From: Rhynchobatus australiae
Lineage: Eukaryota
NCBI GenBank assembly: GCA_034780895.1
Contig: JAUZTB010000048.1
Location: 24,717,063 to 24,780,255 of the forward strand
Reading direction: 5' to 3'
DNA: 63,193 nt
Of this stretch, positions 37,464 to 50,779 are shown in pieces. How positions within the stretch are numbered: the first letter of the stretch is position 1; each line of letters begins with the position of its first letter. The position numbers and the translations under genes were made by a program. The notes below the pieces were generated by a model that worked only from the letters and a program-made list of their open reading frames with translations, was not told where the DNA came from and did no database searches.

Positions 37464-37779
37464 CCCCCAAAAATTAATAAATTGAAAAGGACAAACAGAT
37501 TGGGGGAAAAAGGAGAAATGTTTGGCAAATTAAGTTCAATAAAGAAAACTATGAAGTTACACATATTGAATGGATAGTCATTGTACAATTTTAAAGGGGA
37601 AAATCAAGGGTGCAGGAAAGTTGAAGTTGCTAAAAATAATATGAAACCTTTCTCTTTGTTGACAGAGGCACAAAATCAGTTACATTAAAAGGAATAAAGG
37701 ATGGGTTAGGCCTCTGCTGTAACATTCTGTTCACTTCTAGAGAACTGCATCTTAGAAATGATTACAAGACCTCAAGGAG

Positions 37780-39105
37780 GATGGTTTTATGAAAGAGAAA
37801 TAGCGTTTAACAAATTTGCTAGAATTCTATGAAAATGTAACAGGGTGGATAATGAGGCATCAGTAGACGTTGTGTATTTGGATTTTAAAAGGCATTCAGT
37901 GAAGTGCCACATAAAAAGTTCCTGTGCAAGATAAGAAAGCCTGGTGTGAAAATATAAGTAAAACTGCAGATGCTGGTAATCTAAAATAAAAAAAAACAGA
38001 AAATGTTGGAAATACTCAGCAGGTCAGGTTGGATCTGTGGAAAGAGAAACAGAGTTAATGTTTCAGGTCAAAGATCCTTCACCAGAAAGCAAGCTACAGG
38101 GCAAAATATATTGGCAGGGTTAGGAGTTTGGCTAATTAACAGAAAACAGCAGTTCAGGGTAATTGGGTCACTTTTGGATTGGTAATCATTATCTGATGGT
38201 GTCCCACAGGGATGGGACCTCAACTATTTATAATCTTTGTTAATGACTTGGATAAGGCAATCAAGTATACAGTAGTGAAATTTGTTGATGATGCAAAGAA
38301 AGGTGGGTTGCTAAGTTGTGAGGAGGACACAAAGAACATGCAAGTGACATAGATAGGTTAAGTGCAAAAGAAAACGTAACATTATCTATTTGGCGAGGAT
38401 GAATGAAAAAACAAGTTAATATTTAAAGGGAGTTAGAGAACACTACAAAGTGATCTGGGTGTCCTGCTACATGAAACATAAAAAAAAAGTACACGGGTGC
38501 AACATGTAATTAGGAAGGCTAATGGAAGGAGTTTGGGAATAAAAAGCAGGAAAGTTCTGAAGCAACTTCACATGTTGCCAGTGAGACTGTAACTGTAGTA
38601 CTGCAGTCTAACTGAAAAGGTTCACTAGGTTAATTCCTAGGATGAAAGAATTAACACATGAAGAATGGTTGAGCAGGTTGAGCCAACATTCATTGGAGTA
38701 TAGAATAACAAGAGGTGACCTCAGTGAAACGTGCAAGGTCCTTGGGGGTAAGGACAGGATGGATGCAGAGAGGATCTTTCCTCTCGCAGGGTATCTAGAG
38801 CAAAGGAGCATAATTTCAGAATAAGGATTCAAAATTCCATCTCAATTGAGAAGGAACTGAAGAAATTTCTTTTCTTCCCCCATAGGGTTATGAATCTTTA
38901 GAATTCCCTAGCCTAGCCAGTATTGGGGTCAATCATTAAATATACTTAAAGAAGAGACTGTTGGGCATTGTAACCACAAGGGGGTTGAGAGATATGGGGG
39001 TAGAATGTGGATGTGGTGTGAAGGTCAAGAATAGATCAACTCTGATCTTATTGAATGACAGTGCAGGTTCAAGGGGCTGATTGGCTTGCTCCTATTTCTT
39101 ATAGA
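37780..39105 (+). mobile_element. CR1 LINE, decayed RT to 3' tail, with a nested Penelope-like fragment at ~37960-38085
   Basis: Degenerate VDVVYLDFxKAF, GVPQG, FxDD and RGDLSETCK motifs plus CR1 tail. The insert is ctgcagatgctggtaatctaaaataaaaaaaaacagaaaatgttggaaatactcagcaggtcagg. Confidence 0.88.
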
Positions 39106-39229
39106 AGACATTTACTCAAATGGCACCAGGGATGAGGGAATTTAGTTTTGTAATGGTCCCTCAGAATCTGGAATACTTCACCATGGAGCCGAGAAGACTA
39201 AGATGTAAATTCCAAGATGAGTTTGTTGA

Positions 39230-39975
39230 AGCTCAGTTTGGGTTCTGCCAAGGCCTCTTGCTTACGGGCTCACTCCAGCCTTGGGCCAAACATAGTCAAA
39301 GGAACAGGACTCCAGGGTGAGGTGAGAGTGACCATCAAGGCAATCTTTGATATAAATGCTGTGTCTACAAAGCAGAGACTGGGTACCTTGCAGAAAGTGG
39401 CTCATTTCTCAACTATCCAGTCTTTCCACCATTCAGAAGGCACAAATTCAAAAGTGTGATAGAATACCCTGTACTTACCCAGATGTGGACAGGTCCAACA
39501 GAATTCAAAATGGATATACTATCCAGGACAAAGCAGTCCACTTAAATGGTCATCCATCTTCCACACTATACATTCCTTCCCTCCACCACAGGCTTTCATC
39601 AGAACCACTCAGGTCCTGATTCCATACACAGCCCACACCTTGGTCCAAAGAGCCAAGTTCCTCAGGCGAGGCAGGAGTCATTACCACTGACATCATTTGA
39701 CTGAGTGTGGCAACAAGGTGGTTTTGCACCAACCAAGGTCAAAGGAAACCAAGAAAACTACATGGTTAGTGTGTACTGTCTATAGATTAACTTTTTAACT
39801 TGCCTTGGCTTATCCAGAAACACCCTTCTAAATCTGTGACCTCTACTACCAAGGCCAAGACAATAACTACATGGAGGTTCCACTCCAAGTCACATACTAT
39901 GCTGACTTGAAACTATAACACAATTCTTCCATTACGAATGGGTCTAAATCCTGGAATTCCCTACCCAACAGTCTT
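39230..39975 (+). mobile_element. Fragmented old LINE (Jockey/CR1 group)
   Basis: GEVRVTIKAIFD (degenerate ALDIKAAFD), aaggcacaaattcaaaagtgtgatagaatac (KAQxxSVxEY), and 3' region tccaagtcacatactatgctgacttgaaactata...aatcctggaattccct. Confidence 0.6.
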
Positions 39976-39984
39976 CTCCCTTAA

Positions 39985-40382
39985 ATAGGGGAATCAAGAA
40001 TTAGAGGACATAGGTTTATGGTTAGAAGGGTGAGATTTAATAGGAACCTGAGGCGCCCAAAGGGTGGTCCATATATGGAATANNNNNNNNNNNNNNNNNN
40101 NNNNNNNNNNNNNNNNNNNNNNNNNNNNNNNNNNNNNNNNNNNNNNNNNNNNNNNNNNNNNNNNNNNNNNNNNNNNNNNNNNAATAAGCTGCTAGAGGAA
40201 GTGGTTGACGCAGGTACATTAACAACTTTTAAAAGACACTTGGACAGGTACATGGATAGGAAAGTTTTAGAGGGCTATGGGCCAAATGGAGGCAAATAGG
40301 ACTAGCTTAGATGGGAATATTGGATTGCCTAGACCAGTTGGGCTGCAGGGCCTGCTTCCATGTTGTATGACTCAATGACTGA
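39985..40382 (+). mobile_element. CR1 LINE 3' end
   Basis: ORF 40018..40299 LEEVVDAGTLTTFKRHLDRYMDRKVLEGYGPNGGK plus CR1 tail. Confidence 0.88.
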
Positions 40383-41074
40383 CTGGTTACCATATGAGGC
40401 AGGTTTAATGTGATTGACCAAAGGACCAGAATGAATTGCTGCGGCCTAGAATGCATGTCCAGAAAGAGAGGTGGAAGCAGAATTAACAGGAACAGTTAGA
40501 AAGGTAAACAGATAAATACTTGAAATGAAGAAAAGAAACAAAACTTGAAATTAAAAAAAAAAGTATCTAATCATTCCATTTGTTCTTCTGGTGGTGATCT
40601 TTAAAAAGAAGAAAAACTCCTTAACAAGTAGAGAATCACCTCCACCACTCCCCTTCCCCCCAACAAATGAAATCAGCTCATTTCAAAATTCTTATGAAAA
40701 GAAATCCAGTTTTTATTAAAAACTCTCCTGAAACCTTTAATTCTCTTTCTCACTTCCAACTTCCATGTGACTAGGGAGTTGGTGAAGGCCACACTTAACT
40801 GCGGTTTCTCCACATTTTTGTTAAGCCCATTGAAAAGCCCCTGTAGTGTGTTGGTCCCTCCATTCATTTCTGTGCTCTGTGCTGTAGCTTGTACTTTACT
40901 CAGTGACACTTTCAATAACAGACTGTGTGCTGTAATTGGAAAAACTGACTAATATCCAAATGTACTGCAGGAAATCAGCAATATAGAAGAATGTCATTTT
41001 TAACAAGGTTACCATTAAACCAACAGCAGATGTAGGCAATGTGTATTATTGGAAATAAGAGTGCAGTTAAATTC

Positions 41075-41356
41075 ATTGAAAGAGTGTGTGTATAACATAT
41101 TCTTGGTTAGGCAGTCCCCTGAGATCATGGATAATTTGCTTCCACTCTGGTTTTGTGGGTTCTGAGGTGGCTGGAGAGGCCAACGTGAGAACTGTAGAGA
41201 TGGAGGAANNNNNNNNNNNNNNNNNNNNNNNNNNNNNNNNNNNNNNNNNNNNNNNNNNNNNNNNNNNNNNNNNNNNNNNNNNNNNNNNNNNNNNNNNNNN
41301 NNNNNNNNTGAGGTGGCTGGAGAGGCCAACGTGAGAACTGTAGAGATGGAGGAAAT
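41075..41356 (-). mobile_element. RTE LINE 3' tail
   Basis: aggcagtcccctgagatcatggataatttgcttccactctgg...; the minus strand reads HVGLSSHLRTHK, an RTE C-terminal zinc-finger-like end. Confidence 0.7.
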
Positions 41357-41369
41357 GATAAAATCACAG

Positions 41370-43020
41370 AACCGTAGAAATGTACAGCACAGAAACACAC
41401 CCTTACAGCCCACCATGTCTCACACGGTGGGCCGAAGGGCCTGTATTGTGCTGTATTGTTCTATGGTTCTATGCCTATGTCAGGCCCATATCCCTCTACT
41501 CCTATCCAAGTACTTATCAAAATGCCTTTTAAACATCGTAATTGCATCTACCTCTGTCATCTTCTCTGCCACCTCGTTCCAGATATTCACCACACTCTGT
41601 GTAAAGCGTACCCTCAGACCTCCTTTAAATTTCTCTCCTCTCACCTTAACCCTGTGTCTTCTAGTTCTACACTCCACTCAGCCAGGAAAAATATTCTAGC
41701 TACCCTACCTTACAATCTTATAAACTTCTATAAGGTCACTCTTCAGCCTCCTACATTCTAAAGGAGAATAAATTCAGCCTAACCGATCGCTACATAACCT
41801 CAGCCCTCCATTCCAGGCAACATCCTGGTGAATTTGTTCTGTACTCTTTCTATTGTTACCAAGTTCTTCCTTTAGTCTGGTGAACAGAATTATACACAAT
41901 GCTCCCAATGCAGTCCAACCAATGTTTTGTACAAATGCAATGTGACGTCCCAGCTCTTATATCCAATGCCTCGACCTGTGAAGGCAAACATACCAAATGC
42001 CTCTTTCACTACCATATCCAAAAATGTTGTCACTTTCAGGAAGCTATGAACTTGCACCCCAAGGTCTCTCTATATACACCAACACTCCTAAGGTTTCTGC
42101 CATTTAAATTCTAATAGGATTTGACCTCCCAAAATACATGACACACTTGTCTGGATTAAATTTCATCTGCAACTGTTCTGCCCAACTTTCCAGCTGATCC
42201 ACATCCTGCTGCATCTTTAAACAATCTTCATTGCTATCTATGACTCTGCCAATTTTTGTTGTCTGCAAATTTACTAATCTCATCCCCTACATTCTCACAC
42301 AAGTCATTTATATCCAGTATAAACAACAAAGTTCCCAGCACCAATCCCTGCAGACCCTCAAATTACAGATTTCCAGTCAGAAAAACATCCATCCACCACC
42401 ACTGTCTGCCTCTCATTCCCCCGCCAATTTTGGATCCAGTTCAACAACACAACTCCGATCTCGTGTCTTAACCTTCTGGACCAACTTACCATGCAAGACC
42501 TTGTCAAACGCCTTACTATAGTCAACACAGACCACATCTATTGCCCTGCCTTCATCAGTCTCCTTGGTTACTTCCTCAAAATATTCAGATTTGTGAGACA
42601 TGACTTCCATTGCATAAAACTGTGCTAAGTCCTCCTAATCAGCCTCTGCCTTTCCAAGTGAACATAAACCCAGTCCCTCAGAAGCTTCGCCGATAACTTT
42701 CCTACCATTGATGAAAGGCTCACTGGTCTGTAATTTCCAGGTTTATCCCTACTGCCTTCTTTGAACAAGGGGACAACATTAACCATCTTCCAGTCTTCTG
42801 GTACATCATCCATGGTTAACAAAGATGCAAACATCTCTGTCAGATCCCCAGCAATCTCTTTCCTCTCTTGCTTCCCTTGGTATCCTGACATAGATTTCAT
42901 CTGGTCCTGGCTATTTGTCCACCCTAATATGCTCCGATATTTCTAGCACTTCCTCTTTCCTGATAGAGATGTGCTCCAAACCCCTCTCTTAACTCACCAA
43001 ACTCCATGTCATTTTTCCCA
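41370..43020 (-). mobile_element. CR1 LINE, ~1.6 kb (RT to 3' tail)
   Basis: ORF track: VPEDWKMVNVVPLFKEGSRDKPGNYRPVSLSSMVGKL, DEGRAIDVVCVDYSKAFDKVLHGKL, FTQSVVNIWN...FKRHFDKY. Confidence 0.93.
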
Positions 43021-43320
43021 GTGAATTCATTTAGGATCTGTGTTCCCTTGATATATGGACTTGTGGTTCTCAATGCCATCTAAATGCACCTTTGCCACTT
43101 TAAGTGGTCATCGGCCAGGGATTTCTACAGATCAGTGGAGAGGTTAGATAACACATGTAACTAGGGCTTCAACACTGGGAATGTTGGCCTAGAGAAGACA
43201 CTGAAGTTGGTTTGCTCATCTTTCCAGAGAATTTGGAGGATTTTGTGGAAACAGCAACGGTGGTAGCCTTCCAGTGCCTTGAGGTTCTGTTGTCATTAGT
43301 CCAGGCTTCTGAAGCATATT

Positions 43321-43639
43321 CAGGCTGTTCCCAATACAAAAGTTCGACTTATGATCACCCTGACATATGAAAGAGCTCCCATAATAATAGTAAGTTCAAA
43401 AGTCCAATGTATGTACATGTTTGTTCCAACCAATGGCAGAACTAGTTTCCTCTCTCTCTCCACTTTTAGCAATTGCTCTTTCTTATTAGTCTTATGTGCT
43501 TTTGATACCATTCATTACAATACTGCGGAGGTATGGTTACCATAATCGAGTGGCCTTTGTATATTTTCCAGCTTACGGACAAAGTCAACTTATCGACATC
43601 TGTAAGAACAGAACTCGTTCGTTACCTGGGGATGGTCTG
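43321..43639. mobile_element. Tigger/pogo-type MITE
   Basis: Degenerate terminal inverted repeats: left caggctgttcccaatacaaaagttcg versus reverse complement of right cagaccatccccaggtaacgaacgagttc. Internal gacttatg/cttacggaca subterminal motifs. Confidence 0.55.
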
Positions 43640-46139
43640 TCAAGTGTCTTAAAGCATCTCACNNNNNNNNNNNNNNNNNNNNNNNNNNNNNNNNNNNNNN
43701 NNNNNNNNNNNNNNNNNNNNNNNNNNNNNNNNNNNNNNNNNNNNNNNNNNNNNNNNNNNNNNNNNNNNNNNNNNNNNNNNNNNNNNNNNNNNNNNNNNNN
43801 NNNNNNNNNNNNNNNNNNNNNNNNNNNNNNNNNNNNNAGGGGTGTTACACAAAGACAAACTCATATCAATGAATGGAAGGCAGACACGGGAATATGAAGC
43901 ATAATGAAGTAGGCAGAGACAAGATTCTGGAGAACTTTGCAGATGAGGGCAAGGATTTAAGTTGATGTATAGGCTGATAGGAAGAAGCTTGTCAACGTTA
44001 AATTCCCCAATCACACAGCAGAGGCATCTGGCTCTTATTATAGTTTATATACTTCACCAGAGAAAGATCCTATTGTACCACTGACAGAGTTTTTATTTTG
44101 AAATGCTCTTTCACAAGTATCAAATTTCACCAATACTTTTTCTCTGCTGCAATATTTTACATGTCCCTTGAGAGTCACACAACGGGAAAGAAATTACAGA
44201 TTGTTATTTTTCTGATCCAGCTGGTAGATTGGTTCACACATAAAATATGGTTGGGATCTGAATATTTTGTTTTTCATTTTTGGTTCGGTTTGGTGGCATT
44301 TCTTCAGTTATTACTAATATTTGGCAAATTTGATTTTATCAGTTTAAAGAAAACTTTAGTTGAGAAATGAATCAATTTTTGGTCTCTACAAATCACAACC
44401 AATTGGTAAAGAAAGCAAACACACATTCAAAGTCTAAACTTAAATATTTATTTAATTTATTGCTTCTGTATTTTTTTCTGCTAATGCAAGATTTCTACTG
44501 AAATAATAAATACTGAAATGTATGCCTAATCATAGGAAAATAAATAAACTGGAGTTGAAATGTAGATAGGCATATTTATGATTTAGAAAATCCATTGTAG
44601 TAAAACAGAGGACGCAGCTTGAGTGAGTCTGCAGACATTACTTTCATTGATAAGCCAACATCAAAGAAACGATGACTAATTCTGGACATCATTCACTCTG
44701 CCCCTTCCCACTGTAGCATTTGAATTTGAAGAGGGTGATTCCTTAGCATCTTTTGACCTTTCCACACAAAACAATTTAAGACTAAAATGAACCCATCAAA
44801 AGTTTGGGAAAACGGCTCCTTATGTAGAGGTTCAATGACTTGCACATTAATCTGAATGAATTTTCATGCCGAAATTGCAATGCCTTATCTAAACACCCTG
44901 TTATTTCCTGCCTTTTGTATAAAATTAAAAAAAGGCACAAAAAGTGCCTATGTTCTTTCACATATGTTGAATGGCTTGGGATTTAGCAGGGCAGAAGTTT
45001 CAGGCCATCATCATATTTTTGTTGAATTGTCGAATAAATTCTCAGGCTAAATATAACATAAAACCTTCTGAACATGGGTTGCTTCATTTTGTAGGGCTTG
45101 GATTGAAGGATACTTTTCTCTGTCAAAAACATAATCCAGCAAAACAAAAACAATATTTTCTTACTTCAAATTTGAGGGATTTTTCTCCAGAGGCTGTGAA
45201 AACTAACAAGAAATTTGTTAACGGTCTACATCATTCAATAAAACAGCTAGCAGCCTTGATACAAGAAAGTTAATGGAACATCATTGATGGATAATTGTAC
45301 AGTACTAAATCCATTTCCCAGCAGATTGCTGCAATGCCTGTGCATCTCCGAACAAAGCATATGTACATATGATAACGTTCACTACCAATTTAAAAGCAGA
45401 ATTTAGGCCTGCCTTTATCATCATGTCTAACAAGTGGCAGGGGTCATATTTGGATTCTTTGAAAATCAGGGGTAGTGGATTTCAAGTTATGGAACCATTT
45501 TATTATAAAGTCTGCCGAGTCAATGCACAAAGATATCATATCATCCATGACTTTTTTAAAAAAATGTGTTCAGAACTTTTCCAAGCAATGTTGCTGAAGA
45601 CAGAGAATTGCATGCTTGGACAATTTCCATGATTGCCATTANNNNNNNNNNNNNNNNNNNNNNNNNNNNNNNNNNNNNNNNNNNNNNNNNNNNNNNNNNN
45701 NNNNNNNNNNNNNNNNNNNNNNNNNNNNNNNNNNNNNNNNNNNNNNNNNNNNNNNNNNNNNNNNNNNNNNNNNNNNNNNNNNNNNNNNNNNNNNNNNNNN
45801 NNNNNNNNNNNNNNNNNNNNNNNNNNNNNNNNNNNNNNNNNNNGGTTCTTGATTGCATGTTAGGCTAAACAGATTCATGATTAATGTCCTCCACTTCCTT
45901 GTGCCTTCTTTTCACTTTAGTTATGGTTTCTGTTAGTGATTCCTCCACCGTTCCAAAAGTGGAGGCTGGAGTTTTTAATTTCTCGGTGAGATGCTGCAAA
46001 ATCAACAGTATTTACAGACTTGTTCAGGCTTTCCTTTAAGTTTTACTTCAATAAAGATCTTCACTTTATCATAAATACTGCTTTCTTTCCACTCCATTTT
46101 CCCATTTATACTCCTGGCTTTTTTCACCACTGTCACCAA

Positions 46140-46785
46140 TGAATCACACAAACTGGGGCATATGTGCATAAATCATTGAAAGTGGCAAGGCAGGTTGAGA
46201 AAGAGGTTAAATGAAAAGCATATGGGATCTTGGACTTTATAAACAGAGGAACAGAGTATAGGAGCAAGAAAGTCATGATGAACCTTAATAAAACACTGGT
46301 CACAACTGTGTTCAATTCTGTGTACTACAGTTCAGGAAAGATGTGAAGGGCTTAGAGTGGGTGCAGCAGGGATTGATTAAAAAGATTCCAGAGGTGAGGG
46401 ACTTTAGTTACTTGGACTGACATGATTGATACTGATAATTAAAATCATGCACGGTCCAGGCAGAATAGATAGGAACAGATCCTTGTGGTGATGATGTCGA
46501 GAACCAGGGACAGAGAATGAAGGTGATTTGCAAAGAACAAAAAGTGACACAAGGAGAAACTTTTCTATCCCCTGCAGGGAGTGGTTAGTATCTGAAATGC
46601 ACTGCCAATAAGTGGCAGCAGATTCAGTTGCAGCATTCAGAAGTGAACTGGATAAATACTTCAAAAGAAAAGAATTGCAGGGTAGTGGAGAAGAGGGTGG
46701 GAGAGTGAGATTAAATCAATTGCTCTTGCATAGGCTAGCACAGGCTCATTGGGATGACTGACCTCTTTCTGTGATTCTGTGAAAT
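46140..46785 (+). mobile_element. CR1 LINE 3' part, decayed
   Basis: atcattgaaagtggcaaggcaggttgag...ctttataaacagaggaacagagtataggagcaagaaagtcatg...ggaaagatgtgaagggcttagagtgggtgcag...tail. Confidence 0.85.
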
Positions 46786-47146
46786 GAGACTGGTCATTAT
46801 CTATGTGCACAATATATCCTTTTCGTAACTTTTATGTATCATTCTAACAGCAAAATGCATGAAAATACAAGTTCTATATAAGTGACACTGCCAGTAACAG
46901 ATCTTTAAAGAAAAACTATTTTTCTATGTATATCTTCCTTCAATTTTTTTTAAATCAAGTAAAACAGAAAACTATATTTGCAGCTTGAATGTANNNNNNN
47001 NNNNNNNNNNNNNNNNNNNNNNNNNNNNNNNNNNNNNNNNNNNNNNNNNNNNNNNNNNNNNNNNNNNNNNNNNTAACAAAATAAGGCAAGAACTGGTTTC
47101 AGCAGGTCAAAGAGTTTTTTAATATGTGCAAATGGGATATTCTGTG

Positions 47147-47150
<4 letters not shown>

Positions 47151-47196
<46 letters not shown>
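47151..47196. repeat. (GA)n microsatellite
   Basis: Direct reading. Confidence 0.95.
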
Positions 47197-47201
<5 letters not shown>

Positions 47202-47659
47202 TATGAACTCACAAGACAGGAAAAATAAGGTAGGTGGTGTTTCATCTTCTAATCTAATTTACAGCAGAGTTCAGTGAATAGGATTCTTAGGCTCAGCCGT
47301 GATATCTGCAGTCAAATTTTCTCCTATTAATCCCAACGATGAGAACATTTCTTTTATTTCAAAAATAAACTTCATTCATAAAAATATATATAGGAAATAC
47401 AACACAAACAGTACATGTCTTTAGTTACATTCACAGTGTCAAGTTAATACATTCTAGTTTACAAAGCACCAATACCACCATTATCACCTAAAGGATTGCA
47501 CTGGTTGAGGAAGATGACTTGCTCTAACTTTCTGAAGCCTATTAATGAAAACAAATGAAAGTGCCAATGACAGGTGTGTTTTCAGTCTATGAACAAAATA
47601 AGTTTAAAAATTCTTTCAGGGCTCCACTGTTCAAAGGATTGCCACTGATCCATGTTATA

Positions 47660-48500
47660 TGAATCAGAAGGTGGAATAGGCCATTAAACCTCAACCATGT
47701 AATAAAGGTTACAGCTGGGCTGATTATAATCTTAATTCTGCATTTCCATCTACCCATGACAACCTTTCACCTCCTTTTCTTTTATCAAGTATCTATCCCT
47801 GCTTTCAAAATATTCAAAGATTCTGCTTCCACTGCCCTTTGAGGAAGGGCCAAAGATTTGCAACTCGACAAAAGAAAAAAATGCATCATATCTCTGCCTT
47901 AAATGGGTGACCTGCTAACTTTAAACAGTGACCCTTGAGTTCTATATTTTCCTCACAAGAGGAAAAATTCACTCCATGTACACATTGACAAAACCTCTTA
48001 GAATCTGACATGCTTCATTCAAGTTCCCTCTCTTCTGAACTTCAGTGTGTACAAGCCTAGTCTGTCAAACTTTGCCTCAAAACAACCCACTCATTCCAAG
48101 CATTAAAGTCAACTTGAAACTGCTTTCAATGCATTAACATCCTTCCTTAAATAAGGAAACCAGAACTCCATAGACAACTGCAGATGAGGTCTCAGCAGTG
48201 CCCTATATAATAAGAGCATAACCTTGCTACTTTTGCATTCAATTTCCTTAGCAATAAACAATAATATTTTATTCACTTTCCTAATTACTTGCAGTACATG
48301 CATACTCATCTTTTACTAATTATCCATCAGGAAACCCCCTCTATATCTCAGAGCTCTGCAAACCTTCAACATTAGGTAATATCCTTTTTTATTTTTTTCC
48401 TGCCAACATGGATAATTTCTCATTTTCCCCATTTACAGACCATTTGCCAGATCTTTGCCCGTTCACTTAACCTGTCTATATCCATGTGTAGCCATCTTCT
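47660..48500 (-). mobile_element. CR1 LINE 3' part
   Basis: ORF 48109..48309 QVIRKVNKILLFIAKEIECKSSKVMLLLYRALLRPHLQLSMEFWFPYLRKDVNALKAV. Confidence 0.9.
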
Positions 48501-50718
48501 GTTATCACAAAACATGCTCAGGTTGCAAAGTCCTATTGCTCATCCAGCCTCCTCTTCCTACTGAGAAACTAATTGGCTAATGCTTGGCAATATATTATGT
48601 GGGACTTTAGCCCATATCTGTTCATTTGATGCTCTCTGCTGTTTCACACATTTGCTGGGGGCAGCCAGCACTGCCCATGTCTTTCCTTGGCACCACACAT
48701 TAGTGGATGCCCCAATATTATGACAAGGGCTTGCACTAGGGGACATTGGCTGCATTTTAGCTGTAATAAATTCATTTACTTTACCCTAACCTCACACCAG
48801 CAACCAGCTTTCAGAGACAAATTGCCATTCAATCATAACACCCACATCACCCAACAAATTGCAGACAATGGTTTACAGGGGTGCAGAATGGCTGATTTTG
48901 AAAGACTTTTTTGGTGGTTCAATGGCTTATGTGAAGTAGAGTTGTTTTCTGATGTGGATGGCCCAACATACTTTCTGCTTGAATTTGAGCATGACAGGGA
49001 GAATGAGAAGAGGTCATGCAGTGCAAGGAGGAGATGGGAAAGTAGGGAGGTGAGGGTTCTTAGCTAGAGACCATATCAGCCAGGAGACTTACAGGAACAA
49101 TTTTGCTCACTTTAACCATCAGCAGCTATCAATTACAGAGACATAGTAGCTTTAATAAATTGGCTGTGACTGCAATCTGCCAATTACTGCAGCTGAAGTC
49201 TGNNNNNNNNNNNNNNNNNNNNNNNNNNNNNNNNNNNNNNNNNNNNNNNNNNNNNNNNNNNNNNNNNNNNNNNNNNNNNNNNNNNNNNNNNNNNNNNNNN
49301 NNNNNNNNNNNNNNNNNNNNNNNNNNNNNNNNNNNNNNNNNNNNNNNNNNNNNNNNNNNNNNNNNNNNNNNNNNNNNNNNNNNNNNNNNNNNNNNNNNNN
49401 NNNNNNNNNNNNNNNNNNNNNNNNNNNNNNNNNNNNNNNNNNNNNNNNNNNNNNNNNNNNNNNNNNNNNNNNNNNNNNNNNNNNNNNNNNNNNNNNNNNN
49501 NNNNNNNNNNNNNNNNNNNNNNNNNNNNNNNNNNNNNNNNNNNNNNNNNNNNNNNNNNNNNNNNNNNNNNNNNNNNNNNNNNNNNNNNNNNNNNNNNNNN
49601 NNNNNNNNNNNNNNNNNNNNNNNNNNNNNNNNNNNNNNNNNNNNNNNNNNNNNNNNNNNNNNNNNNNNNNNNNNNNNNNNNNNNNNNNNNNNNNNNNNNN
49701 NNNNNNNNNNNNNNNNNNNNNNNNNNNNNNNNNNNNNNNNNNNNNNNNNNNNNNNNNNNNNNNTTCCCTTCACACTGTTATTCTTCTCTCCACTGGCCAG
49801 TGGCTAGGATGGCTCCCTTATTTTATGGTGACCAATACCAAATGCCCTGGATGTTGCCTTATGTAGGAACATTAAAATGGCATCATAACCTCTGGGGATC
49901 TGGATCCAGTCTAACAATATAAACCAGCTTTTGAACGTTATTGTTGTTATGGCCTCCTGGGGTGCTGGTGATAAATGATTAATACAGCAATTAATTCCTT
50001 CAGGTTTCTTACATATACCGATGCATAAAATTAACCACACACAAGGTCAGTGTGTGTGTGTGTGCGCGCACATATGGGAAAGAGAGATTTAGAGAGAGAT
50101 TTCTGTATGTTATACTCCGTATGTTTTGTGAATTTTCTGTGATTGATGACATAGTGAAACATCAATAAAACCGCAGTCTGCTTATAATTAGCAATTTACA
50201 TTGAGTATGGGTAAAGTCATTGGTCATGGAAAATCTTTTCAAAGACTTTCTTTGGATGTTATATAATTAAAGTTAAAGAAAAGCTTGAAGGGATTTGGTT
50301 TTGAGGCTGTGAGCATTTTGTTTTTTTCTCTGGAGGTCACTGATGGATGCGGACAAGGAAAGCCACTAAGCTGGCTTTACCTGATTTACTTAGAAAGACC
50401 TCACAGTTCCTCAGCAACAGGATATTTGGCTGTTACTCACCATTACACAGAAAGAACAAACTGTACTACAACTGCTTTGCTGTCTACTAGCTAATCATTA
50501 AAATAATAAATTTTCCATTATATTACATAACATTCTTATAAAAGAGTATGTTATCCCATTACTGTAAGTAAAATTACAATCTGTAATATATAAAAGTCAC
50601 AGGTCTCAAGTCACAAGTCATTACAGATGCTAAACAACAAGCACATGGGTGCTTCTGAGGTGCAACCTCAAACTGACAAGCACATTTTAATCGGCATACT
50701 TTGGCCATTAAACATAAA

Positions 50719-50779
50719 TGACCTCTATTTGACCTCAGTGTTCTAATTACAATTAGCCTTTGTACCTTTTCAAAGGTCA
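50719..50779. promoter_or_regulatory. Candidate intronic enhancer motif cluster (DR5 RARE-type site, NBRE, Sox, homeodomain)
   Basis: TGACCT-ctatt-TGACCT at 50719-50735, ctaattacaattag, cctttgt, and AAAGGTCA at 50772-50779, in apparently non-repetitive DNA. Motif match only. Confidence 0.35.
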